A DNA stretch of 63,855 bases, counting the filler, from Sphacelaria rigidula (taxonomy: Eukaryota), in assembly GCA_964200075.2 (NCBI GenBank). It is 11 parts of 11 records of this genome, joined end to end, with 100 filler letters (N's around TTAATTAATTAA, not from the genome) between each part and the next. Parts side by side here need not be neighbours in the genome. Positions count along the whole stretch, not along the records: positions 23,260 to 28,973 come from CAXNAA020025033.1; positions 29,074 to 34,787 come from CAXNAA020025034.1; positions 34,888 to 40,601 come from CAXNAA020025035.1; 8 more parts are not named here. One strand, given 5' to 3'. Shown one piece after another: positions 24,899-38,289 of the stretch. Position 1 is the stretch's first letter, and the number at the start of each line of letters is the position of its first letter. Position numbers and translations under genes: made by a program. The notes under the pieces were generated by a model. It saw only the letters and a list, made by a program, of their open reading frames with translations, was not told where the DNA came from and searched no databases.

Positions 24899-25171
24899 TT
24901 TTCCGACGATAGCCCCCCCGCCCCCGCCCCCGCCCCCCCCCCCAAAAAAAAAGACGGCCCAAAACTGTCACGAAGAAATAAATGATCGTATAGCGCCTGA
25001 TGTTTGGTTTCAGGCTGCATGAAGCGCCTCATATAGGCGACATTGGCGGAAACGAACCCAAGCGTGGGAATTCCCAGCTGCTCGTTGCGCTCGGCTTTTT
25101 TCATTATGATTCACGCGAGATTTCGCGTCCTCAAGCCAGCCACGTTATTTGGGGGGGCACCGTAGAAAGTA
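24899..25171. mobile_element. TIR element family D (both ends)
   Basis: Imperfect TIRs TTTCCGACGATAGCCCCCCC ... GGGGGGGCACCGTAGAAAGT. Confidence 0.7.
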
Positions 25172-25570
25172 TATTTTGTGGTCGTTCTCTGTCGTTTTAC
25201 GCCCTAAAAGAGAGCTATAGGCGAAGTTTGACACCTTGGAATGTCTTATTCCAGTTTTTGAGACGGTTCCAGCACATCTCCCAATTTTCCGGTGGCCGCG
25301 GGGTTTTGTCTTTTACGAAGAAGAGTTTTTGTCCAGAGACGGTCGAGTCCAGAGAAAAATGGCATTTTTTCTAGATTTGACCGTTCTTGACCGTTCGTGG
25401 ACAAAAATGACATTTTGACAAAAAAAGGAAATGGGCCACTGGAAGATGCAAAGATGTCCTGGAACCGTCTCAACGGGTACAGCGAAGTCATTTCAACGTG
25501 TCGAACTCCACCGAGTTCTCTTTTAGGTCGTAAGACGACGAAGGGTGAGAAAAAAAAACATTTCAACAGG
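25172..25570. mobile_element. Diverged hairpin element related to 7892-8365
   Basis: Shares GACACCTTGGAATG and TGAGACGGTTCCAG / CTGGAACCGTCTCA in the same inverted layout. Confidence 0.75.
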
Positions 25571-26664
25571 ACTTTTTTTTGTTCGTCATAAGGGGCTGCT
25601 TAACAGCGCACTTTTTTCGTTTTTGTTTTCCGACGTCCCCCAAAACTAGTGCCAAAGCGAATTCCGACGCCAGACTTTCGGAGAATTGTCGAGTCAGTTT
25701 TCACTTCATATATATTGCCTGGCCTGGTTGAGAAATCAGCTCTCACATTTTTCGGAGAAAACAAAATGCCGAAAAATTCGGAGATTTCGGGGGAGAAATG
25801 GATCCCTAATAGTATCCGTACCCCGGACACCCTCGATGACCAGTTGACCAGGTTCACTGTATGTTTGCGAGCACCAACTCTGACGACAACACATTCACCT
25901 TGCCCCGTGTTGCCCCTGAATCTAGACTTATGCTGTTATTCTGCGAAACTGAAGCACAAGGGGCTTCTGACATTCTTGTGGAGGACAACGCGAAGTACGT
26001 CTGTGTGATCTTGCGCGCGCAGCTTTCTGTTCTGAGAATACGTCCTGACAGTCCCACGGACAGTCAGAGTATGACAAATTCTATGCGTCGATGGCCTTCT
26101 ATGGTGCCTCGGGCGCTCGATCAGACGAAAATACAAAACGCTTTTTTGGGGGAATTTAGCGATTGTAGAATTTCCTCGTGTATTCATTGTTTAGCGAGCG
26201 GGTTGAAGTCGGAGTTGTGGAGCGTCTGTATCGCGCAGTCATGACACTCGCAGCTGTATCTGCCGAAGGCCCCATCAGCGTCATGACCGCACTCGCAACA
26301 CCTCCGCATTCCGCAAATTTTGCTCCGTTTTCTGTGCTGTAGCAGCGGTAGCGGTAGACGATGTCACGGATGTGTGTGTGGCTATGACTCGCCGGGCTCA
26401 GGCTACCCTGTTTCTGTGTGGGCGCTGTGTCTTCTCATCAAATTTTCCTCTGCGCCCCGGTGGATCGATGATAGAAGTGAACGCCTTGGACAGAATATAG
26501 TCAAAAGTTGCAATAGACCTATATTTTACGCAGCACATTTTTTGTCTATTGAAACTTTTGACCATATTTTGTTCCAAGGTGTGTAGGAGTGACACATTTA
26601 TGGCGGGAAAAACCCGGGTTCGATTGCCGCCAGATGCGTCCATCTATGGTAACGAGGATTTTTC

Positions 26665-26760
26665 CAGGACGTTTTGGGTTACACGTTACACGTCACAAAC
26701 GTACGTCACATCCTTGGGACGTACGTTTGTGACGTGTAACGTGTAACGTAAAGAGCCCTG
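26665..26760. mobile_element. 96-bp hAT-type MITE
   Basis: CAGG...CCTG termini, ~44-bp inverted arms, and a perfect 8-bp TSD GATTTTTC (26657-26664 / 26761-26768). Confidence 0.9.
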
Positions 26761-27019
26761 GATTTTTCCTCAGATGTGATTATCGTCGTTGAAAGCGTGA
26801 GGACGTACGTGTGAGTAGCTGTTTTAGTGGACGGGGAGTCTGCTTGGCCAAGTTAGTTAGACGACAGTCGATGCGGTGCGGATTTTTTTCCGGAACCTCT
26901 TCATCCGGAATGTGATGATTGCCTGACAATATTTCCCCGTTTGTGTGGACCATTGTCATGCGATGTACCTACCCTGTCAAATGAAAAGGGCGCCTATCGC
27001 CCCCTCCCCCCCTCCCCCT

Positions 27020-27275
27020 CGCGAGGATGTAGCTCACCCTTCATGCGGCTCGCCGAAGACATGACTTTGCTTCGTCCTTGGTGATTGATCGCGAGCCTCA
27101 TCCGGCGGAAACCCGGCATGCTTCGTGTCCCGGCTTTGTAGGCATGCGAGGTCAATGGCCATATGACTTTGGCGTGCAAGATAATGAGTGTCCCCCCCCC
27201 CCCCGCGGTGCTCCGTCTCGAAAGGGATGCGTGGTAAATGGTCAAATGACTAAGGCAAGCAACAAATGAGTACGC
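27020..27275 (+). mobile_element. Tandem family F tail (27020-27190) and family C tail (27205-27273), separated by a C-run
   Basis: Each unit ends ATGAGT..+C-run. Confidence 0.8.
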
Positions 27276-27556
27276 CTCCCCCCTCCCCCCGCCCTCCCGG
27301 CCCGGTCCGGCGAGAAACCGGCGTGATGCGTGCCGGCTTTGTAGGGGCGAACCCCGATGGGGTTGGCGTCGGTTGCGCTGTAAAACGACCTTACAGTGTA
27401 AGCTAGGCAACCAGGCTACCGATTTGTTTTTTGGCGCTGACGTTTTTGTTGCGGTAACCATGATGGCAGTCGAGCTAGATCATGTCGTGCAGCGTTAGAG
27501 AACCTCAACTCCGCACAATGAGGATGATCGTACTACGTGGTGTTTGAATGGTGAGA

Positions 27557-27838
27557 CCCCCATGAGGTAGTGTATAAGCCGTGGCTGTCCCTGGTAGTGG
27601 CGATACCAGAAAATGAAGCAACTCATTGTAGGCTGTCATCGAAATGCAAGAAAATCAGTACGCTTCGGGCCGAATAATCCTAGCAGGATGCAGCTCACCC
27701 TTTATGCGACTCACCGAACACATCACGGCGCTTCGTGCTTGGTGATTGAGTGCGAGCCTGGTACGGCGAAAACCCGGCGTACTCCGTCCCGTCTAAGGGA
27801 AGCGAGGGGACTATGGCATGCATGATCATCAGTACATC
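27557..27838 (+). mobile_element. Family F retroposon
   Basis: Matches 23000-23159, 27020-27190 and 46516-46585; C-rich end. Confidence 0.75.
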
Positions 27839-29073
27839 CTCCCCTCCCCCCCCCGCGCGCGCCCGGAGTATGGGCGAATACCTCCGTTGCTGGGCGGACT
27901 GATTTTTGCCGGCCGTTGGCCTATGCAGGATAATGCGTGAAAACTATCAACTTGAAAAATGTCAAAGATTTTGATGAAATTATCGCCCGAGGCATCGGAC
28001 GCGGTTTAGGGCCGGTGTAAACGTAACGAACTTCACATATGGCACCGAGGAAGTACAGATATACACATGCATAGACATATGTACACACATATATATATAT
28101 ATATATATCAGCAGGAGCAACGGTGCCGTACCATCTAGTATGGAAGAATCGTGCAAAATGAAGGAACTGCAGAAGATCTATTCTGCGTGTGAGGGGCGGT
28201 GGCGGAAGAGCGTTCGACCGAGAGGTCGCCTGAACCCCTTGGACGTCAGGCCTCCTTTTTGAACAATATCGCCGGCTAACTATTAACGCGGGTAATGCCA
28301 GCGCTGTAGCCGAGGAGCTCCTCTCTGTTTACGACCACTGCCCGTCTTGACACTGTGCCGTGCATTGCGAGCTCCCGAAACCCCGATTCATGTCATGCCA
28401 TGTAATGTCATGTCATTCTGTTCACTGAAAGAAGTTTGCGTTCCGTTTTTGTCCAGTGACGCATATAGGGTTCGTCTGACTGGATCTGGCGACCATCGTG
28501 TTAACATAGCCACCTCAAGGCATTCTTGCGTGTGACCATGGCCGGCTCCGTAGCGGAGGAGCTAGTGTTAGCTACAATAGTGTCCGTGTCCGGCAATCAG
28601 CGAAATCAACCATACTTCCCGTACAGTACAGTTGTAAAGCAACCTTCAAACTTTTGTCTGGCCAGTCCTTCAACGACAGAGGTGGGGAAGGGGGGCATGT
28701 GGCAGCATCGTCCCCGCCTAGCCCTTGTTCCCTGTCGTCCTGTGAAGCAAGCTCGCCCAAGATCGCAGGGGTGTGCTCAGTCAATCGGAAGGACACCACG
28801 CTGTCTTGAGGCTACACGTCGTGTGTTTTCCCTTGTCCCCAACGGGCAGTACTGGAGGCACCTCTTGCCTCACTTTGTAGAACAAGAGAGCGACCCCCCC
28901 CCCCCCCCCCCCCCCCCCCCTCCACCCCTGCGTCTATCTTGTGTTTTTTTTTTCCCTTTTTGCTGTGTGTCGGNNNNNNNNNNNNNNNNNNNNNNNNNNN
29001 NNNNNNNNNNNNNNNNNTTAATTAATTAANNNNNNNNNNNNNNNNNNNNNNNNNNNNNNNNNNNNNNNNNNNN

Positions 29074-29240
29074 GACCGCTGGTCCAAGGGGTATCCACGC
29101 AAATTTTTGCGCCATTCCACGTGTCTGGGCTGCGTGTACCTGGGTTGCAACGCTGAAAACAAAGCCTATTCGTACGATCCGAATCAGTTGTACCAAAACC
29201 ATGTAACTTCCAGACGAATCAATATTTGTCCGACCCTTGG
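29074..29240. mobile_element. TIR element family E arm
   Basis: Ends GTCCGACCCTTG, the reverse complement of 54465 CAAGGGTCGGAC. Confidence 0.75.
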
Positions 29241-29674
29241 ATTGATTGGTTGATGGTCGCACTACTTTCACTGATCCTTCAGGAATGCAGCCGTTGTCGT
29301 AATCCACATGATAGACGTACCCGAAACGAAGCAACACTGAAGCGCCCCCGAAAATTATTACCCCATTTGTTTTCGTGTCAAATGCTGTTGCGCGCGATGG
29401 GCGGCAACATGTATCTCAGGGTCTACACCCACTGTTCTGGTGGGCACGTGGTGGGCAGTTGTGAAGAAAAACGCGAGCAAGGTTACTGAACAGCACACAA
29501 GCTATTATAAACACAGTTACCGATACGTTACTCTCTCTCTTTTTTGTTTTTTTTCCTTCTCCTTGTCGCACTTTTGAACTCGTCCCGAGGAGCTCATGGT
29601 GTGTCTCAAGGGGTCGAGGTATTTTTCCCTCGGTACGCACCTCGCATTTTGGTGTCGCGAAAAATTGGATCATG

Positions 29675-29885
29675 ACCATCGGCACTCCCGCACCGCGTCA
29701 CCGTTCGTCATACAAACTCTGTCAACGACTTTTTGTCTACTCACGTACGACTCACGTTTTCGACGGTGGAGATCAAACACTTCGAAGAAAAAACCCAACG
29801 CATCGGGAATCGAACCCTCGTTCTCTCCACACCCTAATGGTGGCAGTCGGACCATTTTAATTCACACCACCGGGGCGCGGCGGCT
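29675..29885 (-). mobile_element. SINE family A, 5' half
   Basis: Minus-strand B-box GGTTCGATTCC; homologous to 19068-19260. Confidence 0.8.
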
Positions 29886-30484
29886 GTAATGGAGTACGTG
29901 TAAGCACTGAGGCCGCAGCGTTCGTCTCATTTTCTCCTATCCGCACGACTCCACCTCCGACACATGGCAACCCATTCGTACCAGGCAACCAAGTAATCAG
30001 GAAGCTGCACGCGCAACATAGACACACACGCTGCTACAAGGCAAAAAAAAAGAGGTTCTTGGATCAAAAGCCATGCACGCTTTTGAGCGTCGTGCCTCTT
30101 TTCGGTACAGTATTCGTTTTTGTCGGTCAACATTCTAGCGGAAGATGTGCACATAATGCTGTCGTGAATCTGAACGTTTGGAACATGGTACACTCGTCTG
30201 CTGTACAAGATGTAGATGGCTGCATACAGTACAACTACGGGTCATGCTACGACAGGGGGGGAGGAGGGGGGAGTGTTTTGTGTTCTGGGCCATTTTCCCC
30301 ACGAAATTCCACTTTGAATCGTGTGGTTGAAAGCAGCAGAGGTTGTTCAAGCACGCTTGTTACCGAGAAGTAATACCCATTCACGCTGCTTGACACCGTT
30401 TTTACCCAAAATACAAGCGCACCGCGAGTGTATTCCGTCATCTGACATACCTATGAGCCTTTTTTTTCGTGGAATCACCTTGCC

Positions 30485-30848
30485 GGTCGCCCCAGTGGCT
30501 CAGTTGGTAACCTCGAAACCTTCTGACGGTTGGGTTGTGGGTTCGAATATCGGAGCGATCTGGCATTTCACCATGCTCAACAGTGGAGAGCGACGGTGTC
30601 GTTGGTACACAAAATTCGACTTAACGGTCGACGAGGGAAAGGGACTGCTGGATCCCTCTCGCGATGAAAAATAGAAGGCGAGCACCGCAGAAGGAAGGTG
30701 GGGTACTCAAAACAAATATAAAGGAAAAAGCTCCCGTGTTGACCTTCCTCCTGTGTGACCCCGGCTGGTGCGCCCACATATACCGAAAGGTGTAGACCGG
30801 GGTCCAGAATAGAAGGGACGACAACACACAAACACACACACACACACA
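30485..30848 (+). mobile_element. tRNA-headed SINE family B (full length, (CA)n tail)
   Basis: A-box TGGCTCAGTTGG and B-box GGTTCGAAT; other copies at 53720-54092, 56318-56672, 16652 and 52150. Confidence 0.85.
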
Positions 30849-31357
30849 ATCACCCCTCCCCCCCTCCATCGTAGCACCATAACTCGTACATTGATCCGCC
30901 ATTGGTTTCGTCCTACGTCGCGCCGTCACCTGACACCCGCACTCAAACTCGCCCTGGGGAATGTGATGCTGGATGTACGTTAAAAACCTTTGGCGAAATA
31001 TGATATTTGCCGGTGATTTCAATAGCAAAAAAAATGTCCGTGTGCAACCATCTTGGTTTCAGCCTACTTCCCAACTACTCACTTACTTTCAATGATAGAT
31101 ACCCTATCTACTCACGTAATAATGGCGTCTTCAATGTGAGCAAAAACGGCCGTTTTGCAGGGTGTCCGATATGTCTCTGGTCCAATTGAGGAATTCGGCG
31201 GCAAAAGGGTTGAAGCCGTTATTTTTATCTTTCAGGAATCCACTCGCTTGCCTGCATATTTCGTCGTCCTCCAGTTTTTTTTTTTTTCTTGCTCGAAGTG
31301 TACCGCACCTTAACCGTAGGTCGACTATGCTGAAAACGCTCACGCACACACAAGCAG

Positions 31358-34017
31358 GTGGTAAGCAGTTCGTGCCAGGAACTAACTGCCCCACTAAACT
31401 GAAGGCTCCGATCGAAATGCACGCCGCGGAAGTCTGCTCCGGCAAAATGGAAGGCCGAAGTCAAGCCACAGATCGGGATCACCATCCCGGAACCCGCCGC
31501 AGCGGTACAATTTGTTGGCTGCTGAAGAATAACCACAACGAAACGTACGACATGGTAACGTTCGAGTTCAGACAGCCGAGCGAAGGCCTGCGAGTGATCT
31601 CTCGGGAAAAGACGATACCGATGGGGGATGTTGAGCTAGGCGTCGACGTGGGAGAGAAAGACGAAGGCGTGAACATTGAGGTGGACATTGAAGGCGACGT
31701 GGATTTTGAAGCTGAAGTCGACGTTGGGAGTGGAGATGGAGGTGGGGGTCGAGACGGAGGTGACGAACCTGCGACGCCCTCTGACGTCATTCGGCCTTCG
31801 AGATTCTCGAGCATTCGGCTTCCAGGGTTTTCTGGCTTGAGCGACACCGTTCGGCTTCCCGGATTCTCGAACTTGAGTGATGCCACTGGTTCAGGTACCG
31901 GTTCGACTTCAGGTTCTCCTGTGGCCACAGCCAAAGTCACGCCGCCGCTGCCACCGCCGCCTCCGCTGTACTCCGCCCCCGTGGAAACTCCGGCCTCCGC
32001 TGGAGTGCCAAATGGGCGGGTGGGTGCATACAACACATTTGTTTTCATTTGGCACTGAATGATCAATCTGCGCAGCGCTATCTTTGTATAGTAGGGTTAT
32101 TGTTTTGTATACTGAAAACGTGAATTACTCCGAGATTGTAGTCTCAGATGAGACCACTTTGTATGGCATCCAGTCCGTATTTGTGTATTTGTACGAACAT
32201 GAGGATTTCAGCCCGTTCAAATCCGATTTCTCCCGTGGATTGATTCTTTGAACCCCAGTCCGTTGGGCAATGTTTTCCGCCTAGGTCTGAGGAAACTAGA
32301 TCAATTCTCCGATTCTCTGGACCCTGGCTTTTGGTTTATCACCTTTTTGCTCAGATCGGGAGACTCCCGCATCTCCCCCGAATCTGTGGCCCAAATCGGG
32401 GGAGATGGGGGAGTCTCCCGATCCGAGCAGACCGGTGATAAACCAAAAGTCAGCGTCCAGAGAATCGGAGAATTGATCTAGTTTCCTCAGAACTAGGCGA
32501 AAACATTGCCCAAAGGACTGGGGTCCGAAAAATCAATCCACGGGAGGAAATCGGATTTAAACGGACTGAAATCCTCATATTCGTACAAATACGGATTGGT
32601 TGCCATACAAAGTGGTCTTAGCACATGTTCGCGCAACTACATGGATTTTAGAGTACCATACTGTGTGTGTGTTTTGTTTTTTCCCCACACTTTGAACCCC
32701 TCTCCTTCCTCGGGATGAGTCCGTGGTCTCAAGGGATCAACCCATCTCTCCCCCGGTACGTGCCTTTCATTTTAATCTCGCGGATTGGATCAGCACTCCC
32801 GTACCGCGTCAGCTCACGTCAGTCGACTGCTTTGGTTTACTCACGGTCTCACGCTTTTCACGGTGGAAATCATACATTACGAAGAAAAAACCCAACGCAT
32901 CGGTTAGTCATGATCCCATAACAAGATCAAGTTATTTGGTTTGATCTGAATCTGATCTGACCTGTGATCTCTGGTTGATCTGAGTGGTCCAAAGTGAATT
33001 GTTCAAACGAACACTCTTCTGCTCTGCTCTGGTTTGATCTGTGCATCTTTTTTGGTCGCGGCATTAGCCACGAAGCCGCTGGGCTTCTCCCCCGTCCCCC
33101 GCGACATCGGTTTTTACCTTGTCTCCCAGTCTATGTGCGGTCATAACACGATGTCCCTCTTTGTACTCCATGTCCCCCCCTTCCAGTCTTGTCAATGGTC
33201 GAACGACCAAGGCAAGTCACAAATGAGAGCGACCCCCTCCCCCCCTTTCACAGAACGGGGATAAGATATGTAGAAGGTTTTTGTGTAATGTACGGAAGAA
33301 ACGTAATGAGCGCCGGAATGTTGAAGGTGGCTTTACTAGTAATAGGAACGGTGCTCCGTCTGGAAAGGGATGCGTGGTCAATGGTGAAACGACTAAGGCA
33401 AACAACAAATGAGTACGCCCCCCCCCCTTTCGTCAGTCCTTGATTTTGTTCCGGGAATGACGCACCACTGGCTGCCCTTAGCTTTGCCTGCGTCTTCCTC
33501 ATCCTGTACCCGTCCCGTTTTCTTGTTGTGCTGCTCTGTACAACCCCTCTTTACTCTTCTTGTTTTGTTTTCCCAAAAGCAGCCGAAGCAACAACCCCGG
33601 CCCTGTGACGCAGTCTCTCAAGATGTCATTCTCCATGGCAGTAAACTCGTACGACAATCGGCGAGCAAAGCAAACGGTAAAGGGGTGACAGCCGCCGCTG
33701 TCGCCGCCGCGGCCTCTCAGGCAAGATACGACGCCCTTGTTGCCATAGCCGTCGCTCACTCACCAAGCGCTGCGACCTTGCTACGTCACGCGGAAGGATG
33801 GTCGCGCACACGTAGTGCATCGTCGAGCTGTGACTCTTGCTCGAGCGGGAGGAGACGAGACAAGTTTCATCGGTCGTCGAGACTGGGCATGGATGCGCTG
33901 TGCAAAGCGGGGCGCAGAGTGGAAGAGGTGCTCGAGCGTCCGTCTCCCATTGGGGGCAGGGTCAAGTCAGTGTTTCATCACAGGAGCAGCAGTATTTCCA
34001 AGAGGAGGCGGGAGCAG
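31358..34017 (+). CDS. Unknown protein, putative exons 31358-32019 and 33580-34017
   Basis: Both lie in long open frames (298 and 206 aa), are AG/GT-bounded (CGG|gtgggt; aaaag|CAG; CAG|gtgaag) and join in phase 0. No family recognised. Confidence 0.55.
32152..32617. mobile_element. Hairpin MITE, nearly all palindrome
   Basis: Arms of ~230 bp, GACCACTTTGTATGGCA...TGCCATACAAAGTGGTC, with only a few nt of loop. Flanks are TGA/TTA (Harbinger-like, imperfect). Confidence 0.88.
32670..32903 (-). mobile_element. SINE family A, headless copy
   Basis: Homologous to 19135-19365. Confidence 0.8.
33190..33416 (+). mobile_element. Two stacked family C LINE 3' ends (33190-33230, 33250-33416)
   Basis: The second copy is flanked on both sides by CCCCCCCTTTC. 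Confidence 0.8.
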
Positions 34018-34721
34018 GTGAAGCTGTAGTCAGTTTTGTTAGTCACTCCTTGCGCTGTGTTCCTTCGCTTGTTTTATTTGGCGGAACTGCTTCAACCGCA
34101 ACACATCTATGTTGCCGGGGGACGCTGTTGAGGTCGGACCTGTCATGTCTGTGAAGCAAACGCAGTGTGCACACCGGCTGGACCGTATTTTTCATTTCCG
34201 GCACTACATCAAAATCCTGGTTTTAGGGCTCAAGAAGAGGCGTGTTTCAGTCCGGGGGAGGTATCCTAAGAAGCAACTTATGAAGGTTCCAGAATCTGTC
34301 CGCAATCGAAACCTGGGTGTAGAAGCAGACTTGTTACATGCCATACTCTTGCCGTGATAGTTTCTACTCGACATGAATATTTGTATCTAGGTTATGACTA
34401 CCACAATAGTGCTGCCATCACCACTACTACTTCGACATATCTCTGGTAATTCTCAAAAGCATTTTTTTCGAGACTCACGCTCTCGCAATCGCGCCTCTCC
34501 CCTGTTCCGTGTCGTCGAATAGAGGAGGTTTATGTGTTGAGATGTACGCCACTTTTTTTCGGGGTAGCTGCCCCTGCTTCGCAATATTCGCCCTGCGTGT
34601 CTTATTTGGTAGCGAGATCAAGACCTATTTCAACACAAAGTCTTCGGCGCACCTTCCGTTTGCAATATGTCTCCCGTTTTCCAACACCCCACCCCACGCC
34701 CCCCCCCTATATCGTAGGATG

Positions 34722-34787
34722 CTGCTCCGTCTCGAAAGGGATGCGTGGTCAATGGTCAAACGACTAAGGCAAGCAACAAATGAGTAC
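34722..34787 (+). mobile_element. Family C LINE 3' end
   Basis: Consensus tail; the contig ends exactly at ATGAGTAC. Confidence 0.8.
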
Positions 34788-36684
34788 NNNNNNNNNNNNN
34801 NNNNNNNNNNNNNNNNNNNNNNNNNNNNNNNTTAATTAATTAANNNNNNNNNNNNNNNNNNNNNNNNNNNNNNNNNNNNNNNNNNNNGGGGGGGGGGGGG
34901 GGGGTGGGCGGGGGGGGGGTGTGGGGAGGGGGGGCTGCTTTGTACAAGGATGAAGATGGAGAACTGAGATTTGGAGCCATATCTGTTGAACATTTGATGA
35001 GCCTCTGAACGATTGCTTTGTGTGAAGAGATAACTCTGTCTGCTGTCCGTTGTACTGTATCATACCTACCCCCCCCCCCGTTCTCTTGTTCTCCCAGAAA
35101 TGAAGAAAACGTGAAAACTCAACACCAATGAAAAGGCTTGTGTTTTTTGGTGTTGCTCTCTCGGGTACTGTACTGTAACTCCCTTTTCCCCCCTGCGTGC
35201 GCGCTGTCTACGACCAAGTGTAAATGAACAATAGCATGTGTATGGGTTTTTTTCTGTTCTTTTACAGTACAGTTACAGTTTAGGAGTGGGTCGGGTGGGG
35301 GGTATATATACAAGTTATATGAATGAGGAATACAAGGGCAGAGACGGAGGGAGGTGCATGATGACTAAATATGTAATTACAAACGGTGTCGTCGCGTTCA
35401 AAGGATGCATGTAATACTCAACTTGCGCGGAAACCATGATTTGGTTATTGAGGCAGCGGTGTGTTTGTTTCTTTTTATGTTGGCATTCGGCACAACAGTA
35501 CAGTCAGTGAGTGGTACGGCCGAATACAGGCTGTTTTCGAGTCATGATCCAGACAAAATCAGCAAAGACATGGGGCATGAGTTTCGGCGCGCGGAACGCC
35601 AACGACGGGAGAAATGAAAGTTGAGGGAAATTACAGTAAAACATAAAAAATACTTTTTTCCTTCTTTCTAGCCCCGCCGTTGTGACGTCATAGGAAGAGA
35701 AAAAAAATGGATGAGCCTTTTTTTGTCTTTTGCTGTCGTTTATTTTGTTTAAATTCTGTTTTTTGCTGTGTTGGAGTTTTGTCGCGAGAAACTCCGAAAT
35801 TCGCTCTTCAAATCACGGTAGTTCGTAGTCTAGAATGGTTGTTGGGGGTCCAGAGGAATCGTCGGGGGTGCCATCCACTTACTATCTCCAAACAAGTGAA
35901 ATTCGTGCCAGATCACAGAAGGGGGGAGGGGGGGGTGGGAGGTATAAATAGTGAACGAGTAAAGAATGTCTGCGCGCGCGAGAATGGACGTCGCTGCTAT
36001 TTCCCACTTACCCTGCCCTCTCATCGGCCGCGCCCGCTAGCCTGCGTTCCTCCCGAGGGAATATGCTTGTGTGGAGCGTAGTCGAGTTAGTCGGTAACGG
36101 ACAGGCAGAGAGGGGGGAACATGATGCGTGTTCTGGAGGTGAGTGGGGCCCCGAATCAACATTTCGATCGCGTGTCCTTTCACTTAGTCTAGGGAGATAA
36201 AAAAGTCTCCACTCCTGCGGACTCATCCGGTATCGTGATGCGTTTTGGTGATGGCTCTTTGCACACATATTTTTTCGTGTTTTCGAGAGATTGGCGGGAG
36301 CAGGTGGGCGGGCGCGTCGTGAGTACTCGGGGAAGTGAAACCCCTGCCGCGCTAACAGTACACTACGGTATGAATAGTTGACAACGAGTTCTTGTGCATT
36401 TTGGCAGGTGATCGGGAGGGTGGGGGAGTGAGTGCTCATATGCGCAGGAGGGTTCGTTTACTCTGACTGCCTTCGCGGTGGTGAAATTTTGCGAATCCTC
36501 AATTTTTGTGACATCGATACGCTTCTCAAAAGCGATAGAGTCGAACATGTACTACGAAAAAAGCGATGTAATTCACAAGGCAGTCGTGTTTGGACTCATG
36601 TATACATGGAGGAACGAAAAGGCACGTGGGGCGACGGAGGTGGGGGGGGCGGGGGGGGCATTTTTACAGTGTGGTATCTCGTAC

Positions 36685-37245
36685 CGTGTTGCATCCAGTT
36701 CTGCATCCAGTTCGTACGCATGGTCAGGGCAATTAATCGGGCTATTCGGTCTCTGCGCAAGGAGAGGGTAATCGGCGAGTCTTGCATGGCCAACTTTGAG
36801 TTTGTTTTTTTGTACCTGTACCAAGTACTACATTAGACAGGCCCGATTTACATCACTTGGCATGGAAAAAAATGAAACGATGCAGTTTTCGTGAGTGAAA
36901 GAGAGGGGGGGGGTAATGTAGGAGACTTGGAGATATTTTGAGATGACATGAATCGTCGAAAAAGAAGATGGACTGGTGAAAAAAACGGGGGGCAGTATTA
37001 CCCATTTGTGGCCGAAAAAAGAATATGACAAAAATGAGAAATAAAATAAAGAGGAGAATTGTGGCGTTGACGCGAGGGAATCAAATGCATGTGTGTGGGT
37101 GGCCATACACGTATGTAGCCTAGCGGAGTGGTCTCTTCAAATGGAGAACCAAACGAGAGTTCAGAGGCGACAAGGAAGGTGGATCTGTCTACCGTAGCCA
37201 GCATCCACGTTGTTTTTGGCGCCTCTTACGGTTATGCCTGGATGC
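36685..37245 (-). CDS. Two putative small exons (37245-37193, 36752-36685), unknown protein
   Basis: GT-AG, phase-2 join giving ASRHNRKRRQKQRGCWLRDRIARLIALTMRTNWMQNWMQH. No family assigned. Confidence 0.3.
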
Positions 37246-38289
37246 CTTGGGGGCCAGTACGTGGAACAAAGAAGCATGGTATGAAGGCGAGGCAGGTCTG
37301 TACTGTATGTAACGGTATTATCCATGCTCGATTTGTAGCGGTTGTTGCCTTGGCACGCCAACTTGGACTTGGTTTTTCTTGGCGTTTCGAAATTTCCCGC
37401 CGCGTGCGGAAATATCTCGAGTGCTGGAATCGAGAGGGGACGGCGGGATGTAACGGTCGAGATGCGTTCGCAATTGCGGAATGACAGAATGGGGTGTTCA
37501 GTTGTGGCAACGAATAAGCCCGCGACCCTTTAGACACGTAATCTGTCGAACTTTAGATGTGCTGTATCTGACGGTACAGTATAGCAGTCGGCTGTCGTAT
37601 TCCTGTGTACGTGTATGTATGTCCTGGGAGACCGCTGCGTTGAGGATTGACGTGACTTTTGACCCTGCCTTGACGTGACTTCGACGGAAACTGTGCTTGG
37701 CTCGTTCTATGATTTTTATGTGTTGGCGTGTTGTCGTTTTTGTTTTTGTTCGTTAACCTTCTTTTTTTACTTGATATGTTTTTCTGTTGACGAGTATAGA
37801 GGGGAAGGAGCCGGAGGGGAGGGGGGGGACACACGCGACCATTCGTTGCGGTCAGTTTTGCCTTTTTTTTTGTAGAGGTGTTGCATCACTCCCTCCCCCT
37901 GCCCCTGCCCCGCCTTCTCCCCTCGTCTGTCGTGATTTATTTCTCACGTGTGGGTGTTGGTCCGTGTTTTCTTGTGTAGTCTACTTTGTTGCTTGTACGG
38001 GTAGACCAAAAACACGCGCTCGGGCAGGAAGAGAAGATCATTCGTTTTATACGAATTAATGAACATAAGGTTACATCACTCATGTTGTCTTTTTATTTTT
38101 TACACGCCGGACGGGCTGTGCAGTCGCGTGTGCACGGCAGGGGAGTCAACACCTGCGACTCCACCTACACGCCCCCCTGGGGGGTTCTGCAGTCCCCACC
38201 TTTTCCACTGCTTCCACGATGAATGACGGGCCCGCCGTCCTGGTGTCGGAATTGGTCAAGGATGCAGCGTCGCTGCTCGGTCACTTTCT

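Noticed and set aside
25861..26300. Possible hAT transposase relic on the minus strand (RKITQTY..SISLDSG)
   Set aside because: The resemblance is too faint and there are multiple stops; it needs a profile search.
36432..36610. F-box-like EILRILNFCDIDTLLKSDRV on the plus strand
   Set aside because: No convincing splice context, and nearby exon signals point to the minus strand; likely chance.
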